64,000 nt of DNA from an uncultured virus (IMG/VR IMGVR_UViG_3300033068_001821). Lineage: Duplodnaviria > Heunggongvirae > Uroviricota > Caudoviricetes. The stretch lies in the IMG/VR virus record IMGVR_UViG_3300033068_001821; one strand, 5' to 3'. The position numbers and the translations under genes are program-made. Of this stretch, positions 19,875 through 30,429 are shown one piece after another (within the stretch, counting starts at the first letter, position 1; each line of letters starts with the position of its first letter). The notes below the pieces were generated by a model. It worked only from the letters and a program-made list of their open reading frames with translations. It was not told the origin of the DNA and ran no database searches.

Positions 19875-20381
19875 ATGGACATATACTCTTTATACAAACA
19901 AGTAAAGTTTGATACAAATCAAAATCTTTATAACTTATTTCAACCGACTTTTATTTACAATACAAATGTTCCTTTACAAGACTATGAAGTAACAAGAGAT
20001 GATGAAATGAGAATTGATCTAATATTCATGAATATGTATCAGTATGATGTGACTATGTTACAATATTATCTACAAGATATAGATATTATACTTTTTATAA
20101 ATAATATCGATAACGCATTAAATATAAAGGCAGGTACTGTTTTAAAATATCCAAATCCGGATGATTTTGATAGATTTAGATATACTGATACTTTAGAGAG
20201 TTTGAGTACTGATGTTACTAAACAATTAGCTACACCAAACTTACCTAATAAAGCAACTAAGGTTGATCCTAATAGACAATCTTATCTTGAAAATGATTAT
20301 TCACTACCACCAGTTGTTTTAGATGTACCAAGAGAACCAGTTAGAATAGAAGATGGTAGATTTTCAATAGGAGGATTATAA
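19875..20381 (+). CDS. Baseplate wedge protein, gp53/LysM-like
   Basis: YEVTRDDEMRIDLI..ILFINNIDNALNIKAGTVLKYP. Confidence 0.65.
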   Translation: MDIYSLYKQVKFDTNQNLYNLFQPTFIYNTNVPLQDYEVTRDDEMRIDLIFMNMYQYDVTMLQYYLQDIDIILFINNIDNALNIKAGTVLKYPNPDDFDRFRYTDTLESLSTDVTKQLATPNLPNKATKVDPNRQSYLENDYSLPPVVLDVPREPVRIEDGRFSIGGL

Positions 20382-20382
20382 T

Positions 20383-21924
20383 ATGAGAGAAATAAAATCA
20401 GTAAGAGTAAGAAGGAATGATATTGTTTCAGGTACTTTAGATATTAAAGTAACTATTTATCAGGACAACAATATATTTTCAGCAGATGAGAGAGTTCTAA
20501 TTGGTATCAATAATGATCGACCAGTTTGGATAGAAACAACATATAAAAAAACTGGTTCTTACAAAGATTATACAGACGATCAATTTATACAAGATTTTGT
20601 TAATATGAATTCTAAAGTTGAAGGTAAGTCTTATTATATAATACAAGACCCTTGGGAAAATAAAGTACCTATTTACAGAAACTTTGGAAATGATCCTTAC
20701 TACTTAAATAATGGTGCAGTTGTTTATATAATGTGGAAAGATGGTGATACAAATGTTGGTTCACAAAAATATAGTGATGACAAAGGTAATGAATTATCTA
20801 CAAATGATATTTCATTTAAAAAGACTATAAGAATAACTAGTACTAATGAAACTCAAAGTTTTACTTTAAATAGAAATGATGAGTTTGTATATAACGGTAA
20901 ATCACAAGAGTATGCAGGATATAACTCAGATAAAGGAGTATTGGCACAAGTAATAACAAGATGGAAAATGAAAGTACAAAATTATGAGGACTTAGCACTT
21001 TGTTCACCAAATAATGAAAGTTGTTCTATTATACCATATAAAAGTCCTTTACAACCTATAACACCTGAGGTACCAACTGCATCAACTCCTATAAGTGCAG
21101 AGAGTAAGAAAAAAGAACCAATAAAAGTGTTGTTACAAGATGAGAAAGTTAAAGTTAAAGAAGATATTTTATCTTTAAAAGTTTTTATAGGTATTGCAAA
21201 AGGATCACCATTAGAACCACTATTAGAAGAAGAAACTCTCAATACTGAACAAGATGATTTTATAGATAGTGATGTTGTGGATAGCAGTGAATATGAAGAA
21301 TCTGACTTCCAGGGTATGGATGAAGTAGAAATACAATTACAGGAAGATATTAGTTCAGGACAACAAGATAGTGATAGTGAATTAGTTGCACCTGGGACTC
21401 CTGCAAATATTAGACCAGTTAGTGATTTTGAATCGTTACTAAAACTTGCAGGAGATTGTGCTAGAGAACTAGGTAAAAATCCTAGAGTTAATTATAGAAA
21501 TCTTAGAAGTGGTTATATAAAAGGTGTACACGGTTTGTGTCCACAGGGAACGTTATCTGTTCTTTATGCTCTTACTGGTGTTAAACAAATAGGACAATTA
21601 AGAGGAAATGCAAATTCATTCTCAATGAATGGAAGTAATTCATTTGCAGGAACTGGATATTTTAATAATAAGGTAAGAACCTCTAAATCAGATTACTTTG
21701 ATAGACCTGAGAAATGGCAAGTAGGTGATGTAATTGCAGTCGATTATAGTGGAGGTAAACCATATGGACATATACAAGTTTGGACAGGAGTTAAATGGAT
21801 GAGTGATTTTACTCAAAATAGATTACAAATAGCACATGTTGACTGGAACTCAGTTGCACTTCACAGAATGAATGATAAAGGTATTGCAGCAGTTAAAAAA
21901 CAATCTGCATCTGCAATTACATAA
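20383..21924 (+). CDS. Virion-associated protein with C-terminal CHAP/NlpC-P60-like amidase
   Basis: GLCPQG (catalytic Cys) ... QVGDVIA..YGHIQVWTGVKWMSDF. Confidence 0.7.
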   Translation: MREIKSVRVRRNDIVSGTLDIKVTIYQDNNIFSADERVLIGINNDRPVWIETTYKKTGSYKDYTDDQFIQDFVNMNSKVEGKSYYIIQDPWENKVPIYRNFGNDPYYLNNGAVVYIMWKDGDTNVGSQKYSDDKGNELSTNDISFKKTIRITSTNETQSFTLNRNDEFVYNGKSQEYAGYNSDKGVLAQVITRWKMKVQNYEDLALCSPNNESCSIIPYKSPLQPITPEVPTASTPISAESKKKEPIKVLLQDEKVKVKEDILSLKVFIGIAKGSPLEPLLEEETLNTEQDDFIDSDVVDSSEYEESDFQGMDEVEIQLQEDISSGQQDSDSELVAPGTPANIRPVSDFESLLKLAGDCARELGKNPRVNYRNLRSGYIKGVHGLCPQGTLSVLYALTGVKQIGQLRGNANSFSMNGSNSFAGTGYFNNKVRTSKSDYFDRPEKWQVGDVIAVDYSGGKPYGHIQVWTGVKWMSDFTQNRLQIAHVDWNSVALHRMNDKGIAAVKKQSASAIT

Positions 21925-21946
21925 AAATCCTCTTTAAAGAGGATTT
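21923..21946. terminator. Bidirectional terminator
   Basis: AAATCCTCTTTAAAGAGGATTT palindrome. Confidence 0.7.
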
Positions 21947-23855
21947 ATCCTCTTTCTAGCTTTAGTTGACTAAAATCTTTTTCCGCCTCTTCTTTCAAAG
22001 TCTTTTTTAATAGTTCTAAATTAGTATTTGTGTATGTCTCACTTTTTAAATCCTTACCATTTGTTGATGTTAAATTTCCTTGATAAGTACCAATTTTAAC
22101 ATCTTCTGTAATTACATACTCTACCTTTATATTGTTATCAATATATAAATCTTTACTTACTAACTTACCTGCACTCCAATTTACTAAAGGACTATTATTT
22201 GTATCAACTGTTGAATTTGTTTGTACACTTGTTTCAGTTGGTACAAAGTTATCAAATTCACTTTGTTTAGCAAATGTATAACTAAATGTTTTTTTCTTAG
22301 AGGTATTTATTTGATTTTCACAAAGAGTAATAAATTGATCCCATTGTGAAACTGTTTTAAATACGTGTGCACCACCAGAATAGTTAAATACATACTCTGC
22401 AGATCCTATATCACTTGATTTATGAAGTAATGTTATTGACTTAACATTAGTTTTTGGTGACTTATAATTATAAAACTTAGTCGAATCATTAGTTTGTATA
22501 GTACACTCATTGGCAATTATTACTTTATTCTTAGGATCAGAATCATCTAATTTACATTGTTCAACATATTGTCCCAATGCCAACATTTTATTACCAATTG
22601 GTAATTCTTCTGTTTTAGGAACATAACCTGGCATTGTGGTAATTTGATACTCCATTAGTTCCCAATTACCTTTTAAATTCTTATAGAATACATTTAAAGT
22701 ATCATCAAACTTATTACTTACTTCACCATTATCTTTTTTAGTAGATTGAAAAGCAACAATATTCAAATGTCCAATTGTATCATAAGTTATGTAATTTTTG
22801 GATTTCATAAACTTGATCAACTTATCTATTTTCGGATTAGATGTAGGTGATGATAATGGCTCTGCAGGTGGATTTGGATTCACACTATTATTTGTTGGTT
22901 GAACAGTTGTACCACTTTCAGTAACTTGTGCAACACTTGCAGTCCCAGAAGCACTACCACCAGTTGGTATTGTCACTGGTGTACTACCACTCGCACCAAT
23001 TGTAGGTTCTATATGTTGATCATTATATTCTGGTTTTGGTCCATCAACTGGTTTGAAATTATCATTAGTTTTCTTAGTAAGATTATTATCTTTTACCGTT
23101 GAAGTCCAAGCATCACCTAGTTGAGGATTATCTTCTCTTTGAGTATTTTTAACGGTTGATACTTTATTATTATCTACTATATTAACGTGATGTGATAGGA
23201 AAACAGGATCTCTTAAAGATTTATACTTTTGTAAAACTTGAATTAAAGCAGGGTTAGCAACAACCGGTGCACCTAAGTTTCCTAAATAAGGACCTCCTTT
23301 ATTACCCATTAAATTATCAACAAACTCATCGAACCAATCCATCCAGTGATTACCTAGAATAGCTTGTTGACCAGCAGTAGCATCACCAATATTTACGTGT
23401 CTGTTATTATCTTTTAGATTGAAATCAATCGTATTTTCAGTTATATTTACATTATTATACTTATGATCTAACTTTAATCCTTCTTTATCATTGACATATA
23501 TTTGAGTTTTATGATCAAATATAAGTGATTTCATAGAAAGATAGTCTGATGCAGATAATGATTCTAATTTCTTTTCTAAATTTATATTATAATGTTGTGC
23601 TGCGATATATTCAGGATTATCTTTTTTACCACTTTCAAAGACAACCATTACAATTTTACCTTTTTCCGGTACATTACTACCATTACCATTAAGATCTTTC
23701 CACGGAGACGCAAATGGGAGTTGTTCTACGGGTATATCATCACCGTGTATATTAAATACTCTAACTCTTACACGTCCATCTCTAGACTCATCATTATTAT
23801 CCTCTACAACCGCCAAGTATGTTTTACCTGCAGAAACTTCTTCTGTACCTTTCAT
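21945..23855 (-). CDS. Baseplate spike/hub protein, gp5/VgrG-like, with extra C-terminal domain
   Basis: N-term OB fold YLAVVEDNNDESRDGRVRVRV..PFA..VPEKGKIVMVVFESG; later LNIVAF..NKFDD..ITTMPG (L,D-transpeptidase-like). Confidence 0.75.
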   Translation of the reverse strand: MKGTEEVSAGKTYLAVVEDNNDESRDGRVRVRVFNIHGDDIPVEQLPFASPWKDLNGNGSNVPEKGKIVMVVFESGKKDNPEYIAAQHYNINLEKKLESLSASDYLSMKSLIFDHKTQIYVNDKEGLKLDHKYNNVNITENTIDFNLKDNNRHVNIGDATAGQQAILGNHWMDWFDEFVDNLMGNKGGPYLGNLGAPVVANPALIQVLQKYKSLRDPVFLSHHVNIVDNNKVSTVKNTQREDNPQLGDAWTSTVKDNNLTKKTNDNFKPVDGPKPEYNDQHIEPTIGASGSTPVTIPTGGSASGTASVAQVTESGTTVQPTNNSVNPNPPAEPLSSPTSNPKIDKLIKFMKSKNYITYDTIGHLNIVAFQSTKKDNGEVSNKFDDTLNVFYKNLKGNWELMEYQITTMPGYVPKTEELPIGNKMLALGQYVEQCKLDDSDPKNKVIIANECTIQTNDSTKFYNYKSPKTNVKSITLLHKSSDIGSAEYVFNYSGGAHVFKTVSQWDQFITLCENQINTSKKKTFSYTFAKQSEFDNFVPTETSVQTNSTVDTNNSPLVNWSAGKLVSKDLYIDNNIKVEYVITEDVKIGTYQGNLTSTNGKDLKSETYTNTNLELLKKTLKEEAEKDFSQLKLERG

Positions 23856-26137
23856 TACTTCTTCATTATTTTACTAATACCACCGTTTAGTATATCACTA
23901 ATTGCACCACCTGCAAAGTCTGCCAAATCATTTCTAACATCATAAAAGAATCTATCAGTGATGTTAGTCATCGCAATTCCCATAGGATCTTGTGGACCTG
24001 TATATATGTTTTGAGGTGGACTAACTCCTTTACCGCCGACTTTACCAATTAAAAGTTTATTTATAGTTCTTGATAATAAACTAACTCTACCGTTTACTAA
24101 TGTTGCCAATTCTCTTTTTACACTCTTAACAGTCTGATCTTTTAATCTCTCAATAAAGTTTTGTGGACTAAATCCACTTCCTTTTGTAGTTAATTCTTTT
24201 AAGGACTTACCACCGGTAGCACTTTTGTCTATAGCATTAATAAATTCTGCGGATAGTCCTTTAGTATTTATAACATCTTTTGGTGCTTCAATAATATCCT
24301 TTGCGGTTTGTATTTCTTTATCAAGGTCTGATTGTAATTTAGCAGCAGTAGAACTTTGATTATTAGCATCTTTTAATCCCTCTAAGTCTGGTTCACCAGT
24401 ATCATAAGTTGACTCATCTGGTTTTATAAATTTCGATTGTGTTCCTAAATCAGTAACATTGTCACCAAAGTATTGTAAAACCAAGGCCTTGTCAGTACCA
24501 TTTTGATTCCATTTGTTACCACCAACTGTGTAAAATCTTGGACTTGAGGTATCTAAACCAGAGCTTGATTGTGTTCCTCTATTAGTTCTTTCTCCTTTAT
24601 TACCAATTTTCCAAATTGCACCACCATCATATCCTACATATTGTCCAAATCCGTTTGTTGTTGGTACAAATCTTTCAAATTTAACTGATGAGTATTTATA
24701 ATCAAATTGAACTGAATACTCATCATAAGTTGCAATATTTCCTAAATCTATATCGGCATTATGTGGCATTGTATTAAAATAAAGCTGACATTCTCTCAAA
24801 GAGTAAACATAACGAGAAACATTGTCTTTTATAATTTCTAAATTACCACTATTTACACCACTAAGTGCTTTCCTAACTCTGTTAAAATTTCTAACTTCTG
24901 ATACAATAATATCACAGTTAAATCTTAATAAATTTTCTGGAACTAAACTTTTACCATTTGGTTTAGACCAATAAAGTAATTTGTATAAATGTGCCAATGT
25001 TGATACACTTAATGAAACATCTTCAGTAAATGAAAGACTTATTATGTCTTTTCTATAATCAACTAAAAACTTTTTAGTTTCTGCCGTATTTGCTTCTACT
25101 AGATTGTTTAATCCAGTAACTTTCTTTAAATAATAATTAAGATAAGGTTTTCTTCCTCGTGCACTAAAAAAGTCAATATCATTTTTATGTGATTCTGTAT
25201 TTGCATAGTTAGTTTTATTTTTACTTAACATAGCTCTATCAGTATCAACTCTTACACTACCAGCAGTTTTAAAAAACTTAATAAATTGATGTTTAAAATC
25301 CTCATAAACCGGAATCTTACTTCTCAATTCAGATATTTGACTATAGTCATTTAAAAAGTCAATAACAGAACCATTTAATAATGGAGAATTTACTGCATCA
25401 AAGACTATTTCAAATCCAAACATAACAGGATCATTATTCTCAAATGGAGTACTTGAAAATTGACCTAGTCTCATTTTTGAATCTTGTGACTTATTATCCT
25501 CTATTCCACCTAGATTATCAATAATTTGTAATCCGTGTTTAAAATAGTCTGTAGCGTTGTCATTAAACAATAGGTAGAAATCCCTTGTACTATAAGGTTT
25601 ATTCTTTAGTGAATCATAATCAGTTTGTCTATCTTTTGTTCTTGGTAATGATACACTTTCTTTAAATCTATTTTCTGTAGTATTTACATCAAGTACAGTT
25701 TCTAACCCACCTGGTTTTATTTTATAACCTCTCCAATCAGTAAATTCATAATCACCATATTTATTTAAAACTAATTTATCATTTGCGATAAAATCACCAG
25801 CATTATCAAAACCATTAGATGGATCAGTTCTAAAATCCTTTACAGGACCAACCAAAATAGAAGGTAAAAACCCAGGTACTTTTGAACCAACTCCTCTTAC
25901 CACTTGTGGCCAGGACTGACTATTTTTAACAATATCTTCGATATTATCTCTTAAATCTTTAGCTCTTTCTTTTATGTCTTTAATCTCATACTGACCAGTA
26001 TCCTTATTAAAAAATAAAAATTTATCTTTGGCTGCAGCAACTCGCTCCTTTTGAGTAAATGTTGTTAAATTATTAACCTGCATAGATGAACTAAACATTG
26101 CTGATAAAGGTGATGGTGTTCCTAAGTTTGATGGCAT
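23855..26137 (-). CDS. Putative tail/baseplate structural protein
   Basis: 760 aa in baseplate cluster; EDVSL..VPENLLRFNCDIIVSEVR. Confidence 0.5.
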   Translation of the reverse strand: MPSNLGTPSPLSAMFSSSMQVNNLTTFTQKERVAAAKDKFLFFNKDTGQYEIKDIKERAKDLRDNIEDIVKNSQSWPQVVRGVGSKVPGFLPSILVGPVKDFRTDPSNGFDNAGDFIANDKLVLNKYGDYEFTDWRGYKIKPGGLETVLDVNTTENRFKESVSLPRTKDRQTDYDSLKNKPYSTRDFYLLFNDNATDYFKHGLQIIDNLGGIEDNKSQDSKMRLGQFSSTPFENNDPVMFGFEIVFDAVNSPLLNGSVIDFLNDYSQISELRSKIPVYEDFKHQFIKFFKTAGSVRVDTDRAMLSKNKTNYANTESHKNDIDFFSARGRKPYLNYYLKKVTGLNNLVEANTAETKKFLVDYRKDIISLSFTEDVSLSVSTLAHLYKLLYWSKPNGKSLVPENLLRFNCDIIVSEVRNFNRVRKALSGVNSGNLEIIKDNVSRYVYSLRECQLYFNTMPHNADIDLGNIATYDEYSVQFDYKYSSVKFERFVPTTNGFGQYVGYDGGAIWKIGNKGERTNRGTQSSSGLDTSSPRFYTVGGNKWNQNGTDKALVLQYFGDNVTDLGTQSKFIKPDESTYDTGEPDLEGLKDANNQSSTAAKLQSDLDKEIQTAKDIIEAPKDVINTKGLSAEFINAIDKSATGGKSLKELTTKGSGFSPQNFIERLKDQTVKSVKRELATLVNGRVSLLSRTINKLLIGKVGGKGVSPPQNIYTGPQDPMGIAMTNITDRFFYDVRNDLADFAGGAISDILNGGISKIMKK

Positions 26138-26183
26138 ATCTACTAATTTTATTTATAAGTGTATATATAAATATTTTAGTTTC

Positions 26184-27494
26184 TTATGCGAGTTGTACTC
26201 CAGTTATTTTAGCGATTTTTTGACCACCTTGTGCAATTAGTGATGCCGATCTAGAACCTAAGTTTTTACCGGTTCCTAAATTATACATTCTATAACCACC
26301 CTTTGTTCTTTCAATAACACTTGCTTTTAATAGAGATTCTGCATCCTTTTTACCATTATTATATTCTTGTATAATTACTTTTAATAATCCTTTAATCCAT
26401 CCAATACCATTCCATTGTGCATAGATCACATTGAACATTAGTCTACCATCGGATTTAATAATAGCTTGTATATTTTTATCAGGACAAAAACTATCTAAAC
26501 TTTTATTAAATTTTGGTTCCATTATACCTGCAGCAGACTTAACTAATTGAGTATAAAGTGGTTCTTTTGGCATATGATTCCATTTCCACTTACTTCTAGC
26601 ATCTGCCTTATCAATTAGTGACCAGAATTCTCTTGCTGCACTACTAGTACTATCTCCTTGTTTTCTATCTAGACCAAACATAGTTTCACCACTCGTACTA
26701 TATCGACTATCTCTTACTCTACCATCTTTTGTCATATCTGGATGGAAATACCCTCCTTCTAAGTTAGAAATAACAGCTGCAGTAACCTGTGTAAATGTCA
26801 TTTTTGGACTCAATTTACTTGGTACGATTCTAGCACTTTGTTCATAGTTACCAGAGGTTGGTATATTATCAGACTCTCCATTTAATCTAGCATCAGCCAT
26901 ATCAAAATTTAATTCGGCAAGTTCTATTGATGTTTCATCCTCCCCTTCAAATATCTCTTCACTATATTCGCTTCCATCATATTGATCATCATCAAATACT
27001 ATAGCATCTTCTTTACCAATTATAAATAAATTTGTAGTTTCTGCATTTGAAAATATGTCTAATAACTCAACATTAAAGATAAGTTCTTGTAATGGTAGAA
27101 CTTGTGATGCAGTGGCACTTTCAGCACTTGCAGTAGAACCAAGTGGTACATCTGCTTCTGGGTTTGGAAGTTCTGTGGGTGTGTCTTGTGGTGTATATTT
27201 AAGATAAATTGTTAAACCATATGTACTTTGAATTATATTTTGTAAATTGATAACTACATCATCTGCCAAAGTATTCTTACCTGCAGTACTTTTACCACCA
27301 TTATATGTAATTGTTCCCGTATTATTAGGAACTAAGGTATTAGTAACCGGATTTGTCCAAGGACTTGGTAAACCATTTAAAGTACTATTTGGTATTAAAT
27401 ACTGACCATCTTCTACAAATATAATTTTCCCTTGAACATTTTTTTCACTATCACTCTTTGGTTCTATAACTTTTAGTATATAATCTGACATCAT
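26184..27494 (-). CDS. Virion-associated protein with C-terminal GH108-like lysozyme
   Basis: VISNLEGGYFHP..SGETMFGLDR..YAQWNG. Confidence 0.6.
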   Translation of the reverse strand: MMSDYILKVIEPKSDSEKNVQGKIIFVEDGQYLIPNSTLNGLPSPWTNPVTNTLVPNNTGTITYNGGKSTAGKNTLADDVVINLQNIIQSTYGLTIYLKYTPQDTPTELPNPEADVPLGSTASAESATASQVLPLQELIFNVELLDIFSNAETTNLFIIGKEDAIVFDDDQYDGSEYSEEIFEGEDETSIELAELNFDMADARLNGESDNIPTSGNYEQSARIVPSKLSPKMTFTQVTAAVISNLEGGYFHPDMTKDGRVRDSRYSTSGETMFGLDRKQGDSTSSAAREFWSLIDKADARSKWKWNHMPKEPLYTQLVKSAAGIMEPKFNKSLDSFCPDKNIQAIIKSDGRLMFNVIYAQWNGIGWIKGLLKVIIQEYNNGKKDAESLLKASVIERTKGGYRMYNLGTGKNLGSRSASLIAQGGQKIAKITGVQLA

Positions 27495-27497
27495 TCA

Positions 27498-30386
27498 TTA
27501 AATATTTTTTATAGTTGCTTTTACTTCTTTACCATTCTCTAACACTTCAGTTATTGTTAGTTTAAATTGTTTTCCAGAAGCATTCTGAACTAAGTATACC
27601 TCACCAACTTTATAAACACTATTAGGTGGTATTGCACTTGACATTATAGGTTGCTCTTGTTCAGGTACAGTTGGATTCTCATTATTTTGAGTATTGGTTT
27701 CTGGTTGTTTTGCTTGTTCATTAGTAACAGCATCTTTCTTAATTTCCTCTTGAGTTTTACCAAGTTCTTTCTTAACAGCCTTAACTGTTTGTTTTAATGA
27801 ACCCTTAGTCCACTTATAACCAATATCGATAATGATCCATTCTCCAGTCAATCTACTTTCAGAAACTTCAGTTGTAGTAACAGTATTCTTTTGATTGATG
27901 AAGTTAAGTTGAATCTTCATAAACTTATAAAGATTAAAGTTTGCATGTGGTAATTCCAAATCAACTGAAATTCTAACTAAGTTATCTAAGTTAACTTGAT
28001 TCTGAGTTTCTGAATATAAATAGTGTATATGTGTATTCTCTGTATCTATTTTACCACCATAATTAGTTCTAAAGTTTTCTTTAAGTTCACTTGAATCACC
28101 TGGTGCACCTTTTAGAATAATTGTTTTACTACCATCTGAAGTTTGTGAATGAACATCAAAAACTACAAATTGTTTCTTTTTCTTATCATAAGCTTTTGAT
28201 ACGGTAAACTGACCCTTATTTACTGATATTTTTGTAGATTGATTATTAAGACGATAAGAGCTAAAGTAAAATGGACTACTTTGCATACTCTTATCATTAG
28301 TTAGTTGTAACCTTTCAACTTGATCTCGAACACCTGGTTCATTCAAATGGTTTGTTCCAGTTGATGCTAAACCAACATCCTTAGATATATCCCTTAACCA
28401 TTCTTTTTCAATATCAACATAGTTAAAACAATAATAATAATCTACATAACCAAGTACATAAGATGTATCTGAAATATAAGAGTGTTGTATAATTTCATTT
28501 ACAAAATTTTTAGGTACTTTACCAATGTTTCTCCAAGTCATAGAGTCATTAGTATTTGTTATATTGGAGTTAAATCCTAATGATAACTCAGTTGATATTT
28601 GTTTTAAAACCTCAAATGATGTACCTTGATAAGCATTAAATCTTATTTTATAGAAATCTTTAAGATCTAAAGTACCAACCACTTCATAAGATGTGTTTTT
28701 ATTTTCATAAAAACTTGTAAGCTTAAACTTTAAATGAATTGACTTCAAATTTTTTGAACCAGAATTTAAAAATATTTCAAATTTAGTGTCATCTAAAGGA
28801 AAACCTTCTTTTTTCATAAATCCAATACTATCTGCAAAAACTAATCTGGCATTTGGTACTAATCCCTCATACCATAAATCCAAAGATTTTATATCTCTCT
28901 CATTAATTTGATAACCATTATACCAAACAAACGGAGTTAAACCTAAACCAACAGCAATCTCTTTATCGTAACTATTATTCTTCGTAGTGTCAAACTCAAT
29001 AGGATTTAAAACTATTGTTGGTTTTGTTATCTGTGCAATAATTGGTCTTGTTCCTTCAATCTTAGTTGGTTCTTTATCACCACCTCTTGACTTATCTTGT
29101 GCAATAACCTCATCCTCTGGAAGAACTGTTATAGTTATCTCACCATTTTCAACTAAATCAGAATCAGTAAAAACCGAAATAACATAATCACCAGGTGTAT
29201 CAAACTGAATACCTGAAAAATCAACGAATCCATCTTTAATTACTTTATCAACTTCACCAATTAGTTCACCTGGTCCACTTTTCTTTTTTAAAGTAACTTT
29301 TATACCTGTTGCATCAAATGTACTTTGTGTACCCACAACAGAAGAGGTTGCTGATTGGGTTGCAGTAGAAGAAGTTGCGGACTGTACTTCAACAACTGGA
29401 GGAATAACATCGGGTGCCTTATCAGTATATTGTAATGTAATAGGAAAACCATATGCATAATCAATATAACTTTGTACTCCATAGATTGAATAGTCTGCAA
29501 CTACTTCTCTCGTAAAAGGAAGATAATCTGTATGATAAAACGCATAAAGACCATTGATAGTTCTTTTATTTATTGGATTGGTCCAAGGTCCAGGTAAGCC
29601 TTCTAGTCTAAGATTTGCTTTTATTTTACCTTTTTGTTCGTCAAAGGTGATAGTACCCTTTATTTTATTATCTGTATCACTTTTAGGATCTTTAACACTG
29701 ACATATAATTTATCCACTGGTCCGGATTGTGTACCTGATTGTGTACCAACTGATACTATAGAAGAGGAAGAAGTGACAGGTAATTTATAATTATAACCTG
29801 CTTCAATAAAAGCCTCGTATAATTTTTCTTGTGTAGTGTATAAATCTATATCACTAGATGAACCATAATAATTAGATCTTAATAATTTAGTTAAATCATA
29901 GAAATCTTCATCAAATTCATCATATGTTGTATAGGTTTTATTATTTTCCTTTATTCCTGATTGAAGAACATCAAACATAAATCTATCAAACCACTTCTGT
30001 CCATCAAATGGTTTTTGACCTTTCATTTCTTCAATACCATAAACAGCACGATAAGTTGAATGTAAAGTTGTGTATAATGGTCCTGCACCAGTTGTAGTAT
30101 CTTTAAGTTCTTTTAAAACATCAAAGTATTCTGGATTGACACTAACACCATTACCAGTACTTGGAAGTATTTCTTTACCACCATCTGGATCAGGATAAAC
30201 ATATTTAAAAAGTTGTCCAATAGTTACCACACTTTTATCAGGTGGCCATGAAACTATTTTAGGAAGTGTTAGTGCAATTGCCGTGGTTCTTGCAGTTCTA
30301 TATTGATTTTGTTTAGCAATATAATCATCAAGTTTAGCTTGAGCACCCGCATTATAAGCAATAACGAAATCTTGTATCTTTGACAT
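27498..30386 (-). CDS. Large baseplate hub-like protein (gp27/late control D-like C-terminal half)
   Basis: GTSFEVLKQISTELSLGFNSNI..DSMTW; LTGEWIIIDIGY; TAATATATA at 30418-30410. Confidence 0.55.
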   Translation of the reverse strand: MSKIQDFVIAYNAGAQAKLDDYIAKQNQYRTARTTAIALTLPKIVSWPPDKSVVTIGQLFKYVYPDPDGGKEILPSTGNGVSVNPEYFDVLKELKDTTTGAGPLYTTLHSTYRAVYGIEEMKGQKPFDGQKWFDRFMFDVLQSGIKENNKTYTTYDEFDEDFYDLTKLLRSNYYGSSSDIDLYTTQEKLYEAFIEAGYNYKLPVTSSSSIVSVGTQSGTQSGPVDKLYVSVKDPKSDTDNKIKGTITFDEQKGKIKANLRLEGLPGPWTNPINKRTINGLYAFYHTDYLPFTREVVADYSIYGVQSYIDYAYGFPITLQYTDKAPDVIPPVVEVQSATSSTATQSATSSVVGTQSTFDATGIKVTLKKKSGPGELIGEVDKVIKDGFVDFSGIQFDTPGDYVISVFTDSDLVENGEITITVLPEDEVIAQDKSRGGDKEPTKIEGTRPIIAQITKPTIVLNPIEFDTTKNNSYDKEIAVGLGLTPFVWYNGYQINERDIKSLDLWYEGLVPNARLVFADSIGFMKKEGFPLDDTKFEIFLNSGSKNLKSIHLKFKLTSFYENKNTSYEVVGTLDLKDFYKIRFNAYQGTSFEVLKQISTELSLGFNSNITNTNDSMTWRNIGKVPKNFVNEIIQHSYISDTSYVLGYVDYYYCFNYVDIEKEWLRDISKDVGLASTGTNHLNEPGVRDQVERLQLTNDKSMQSSPFYFSSYRLNNQSTKISVNKGQFTVSKAYDKKKKQFVVFDVHSQTSDGSKTIILKGAPGDSSELKENFRTNYGGKIDTENTHIHYLYSETQNQVNLDNLVRISVDLELPHANFNLYKFMKIQLNFINQKNTVTTTEVSESRLTGEWIIIDIGYKWTKGSLKQTVKAVKKELGKTQEEIKKDAVTNEQAKQPETNTQNNENPTVPEQEQPIMSSAIPPNSVYKVGEVYLVQNASGKQFKLTITEVLENGKEVKATIKNI

Positions 30387-30429
30387 TAATTATAATAAAT
30401 TTTATCTATTATATATTAAGAAGGTGTCA

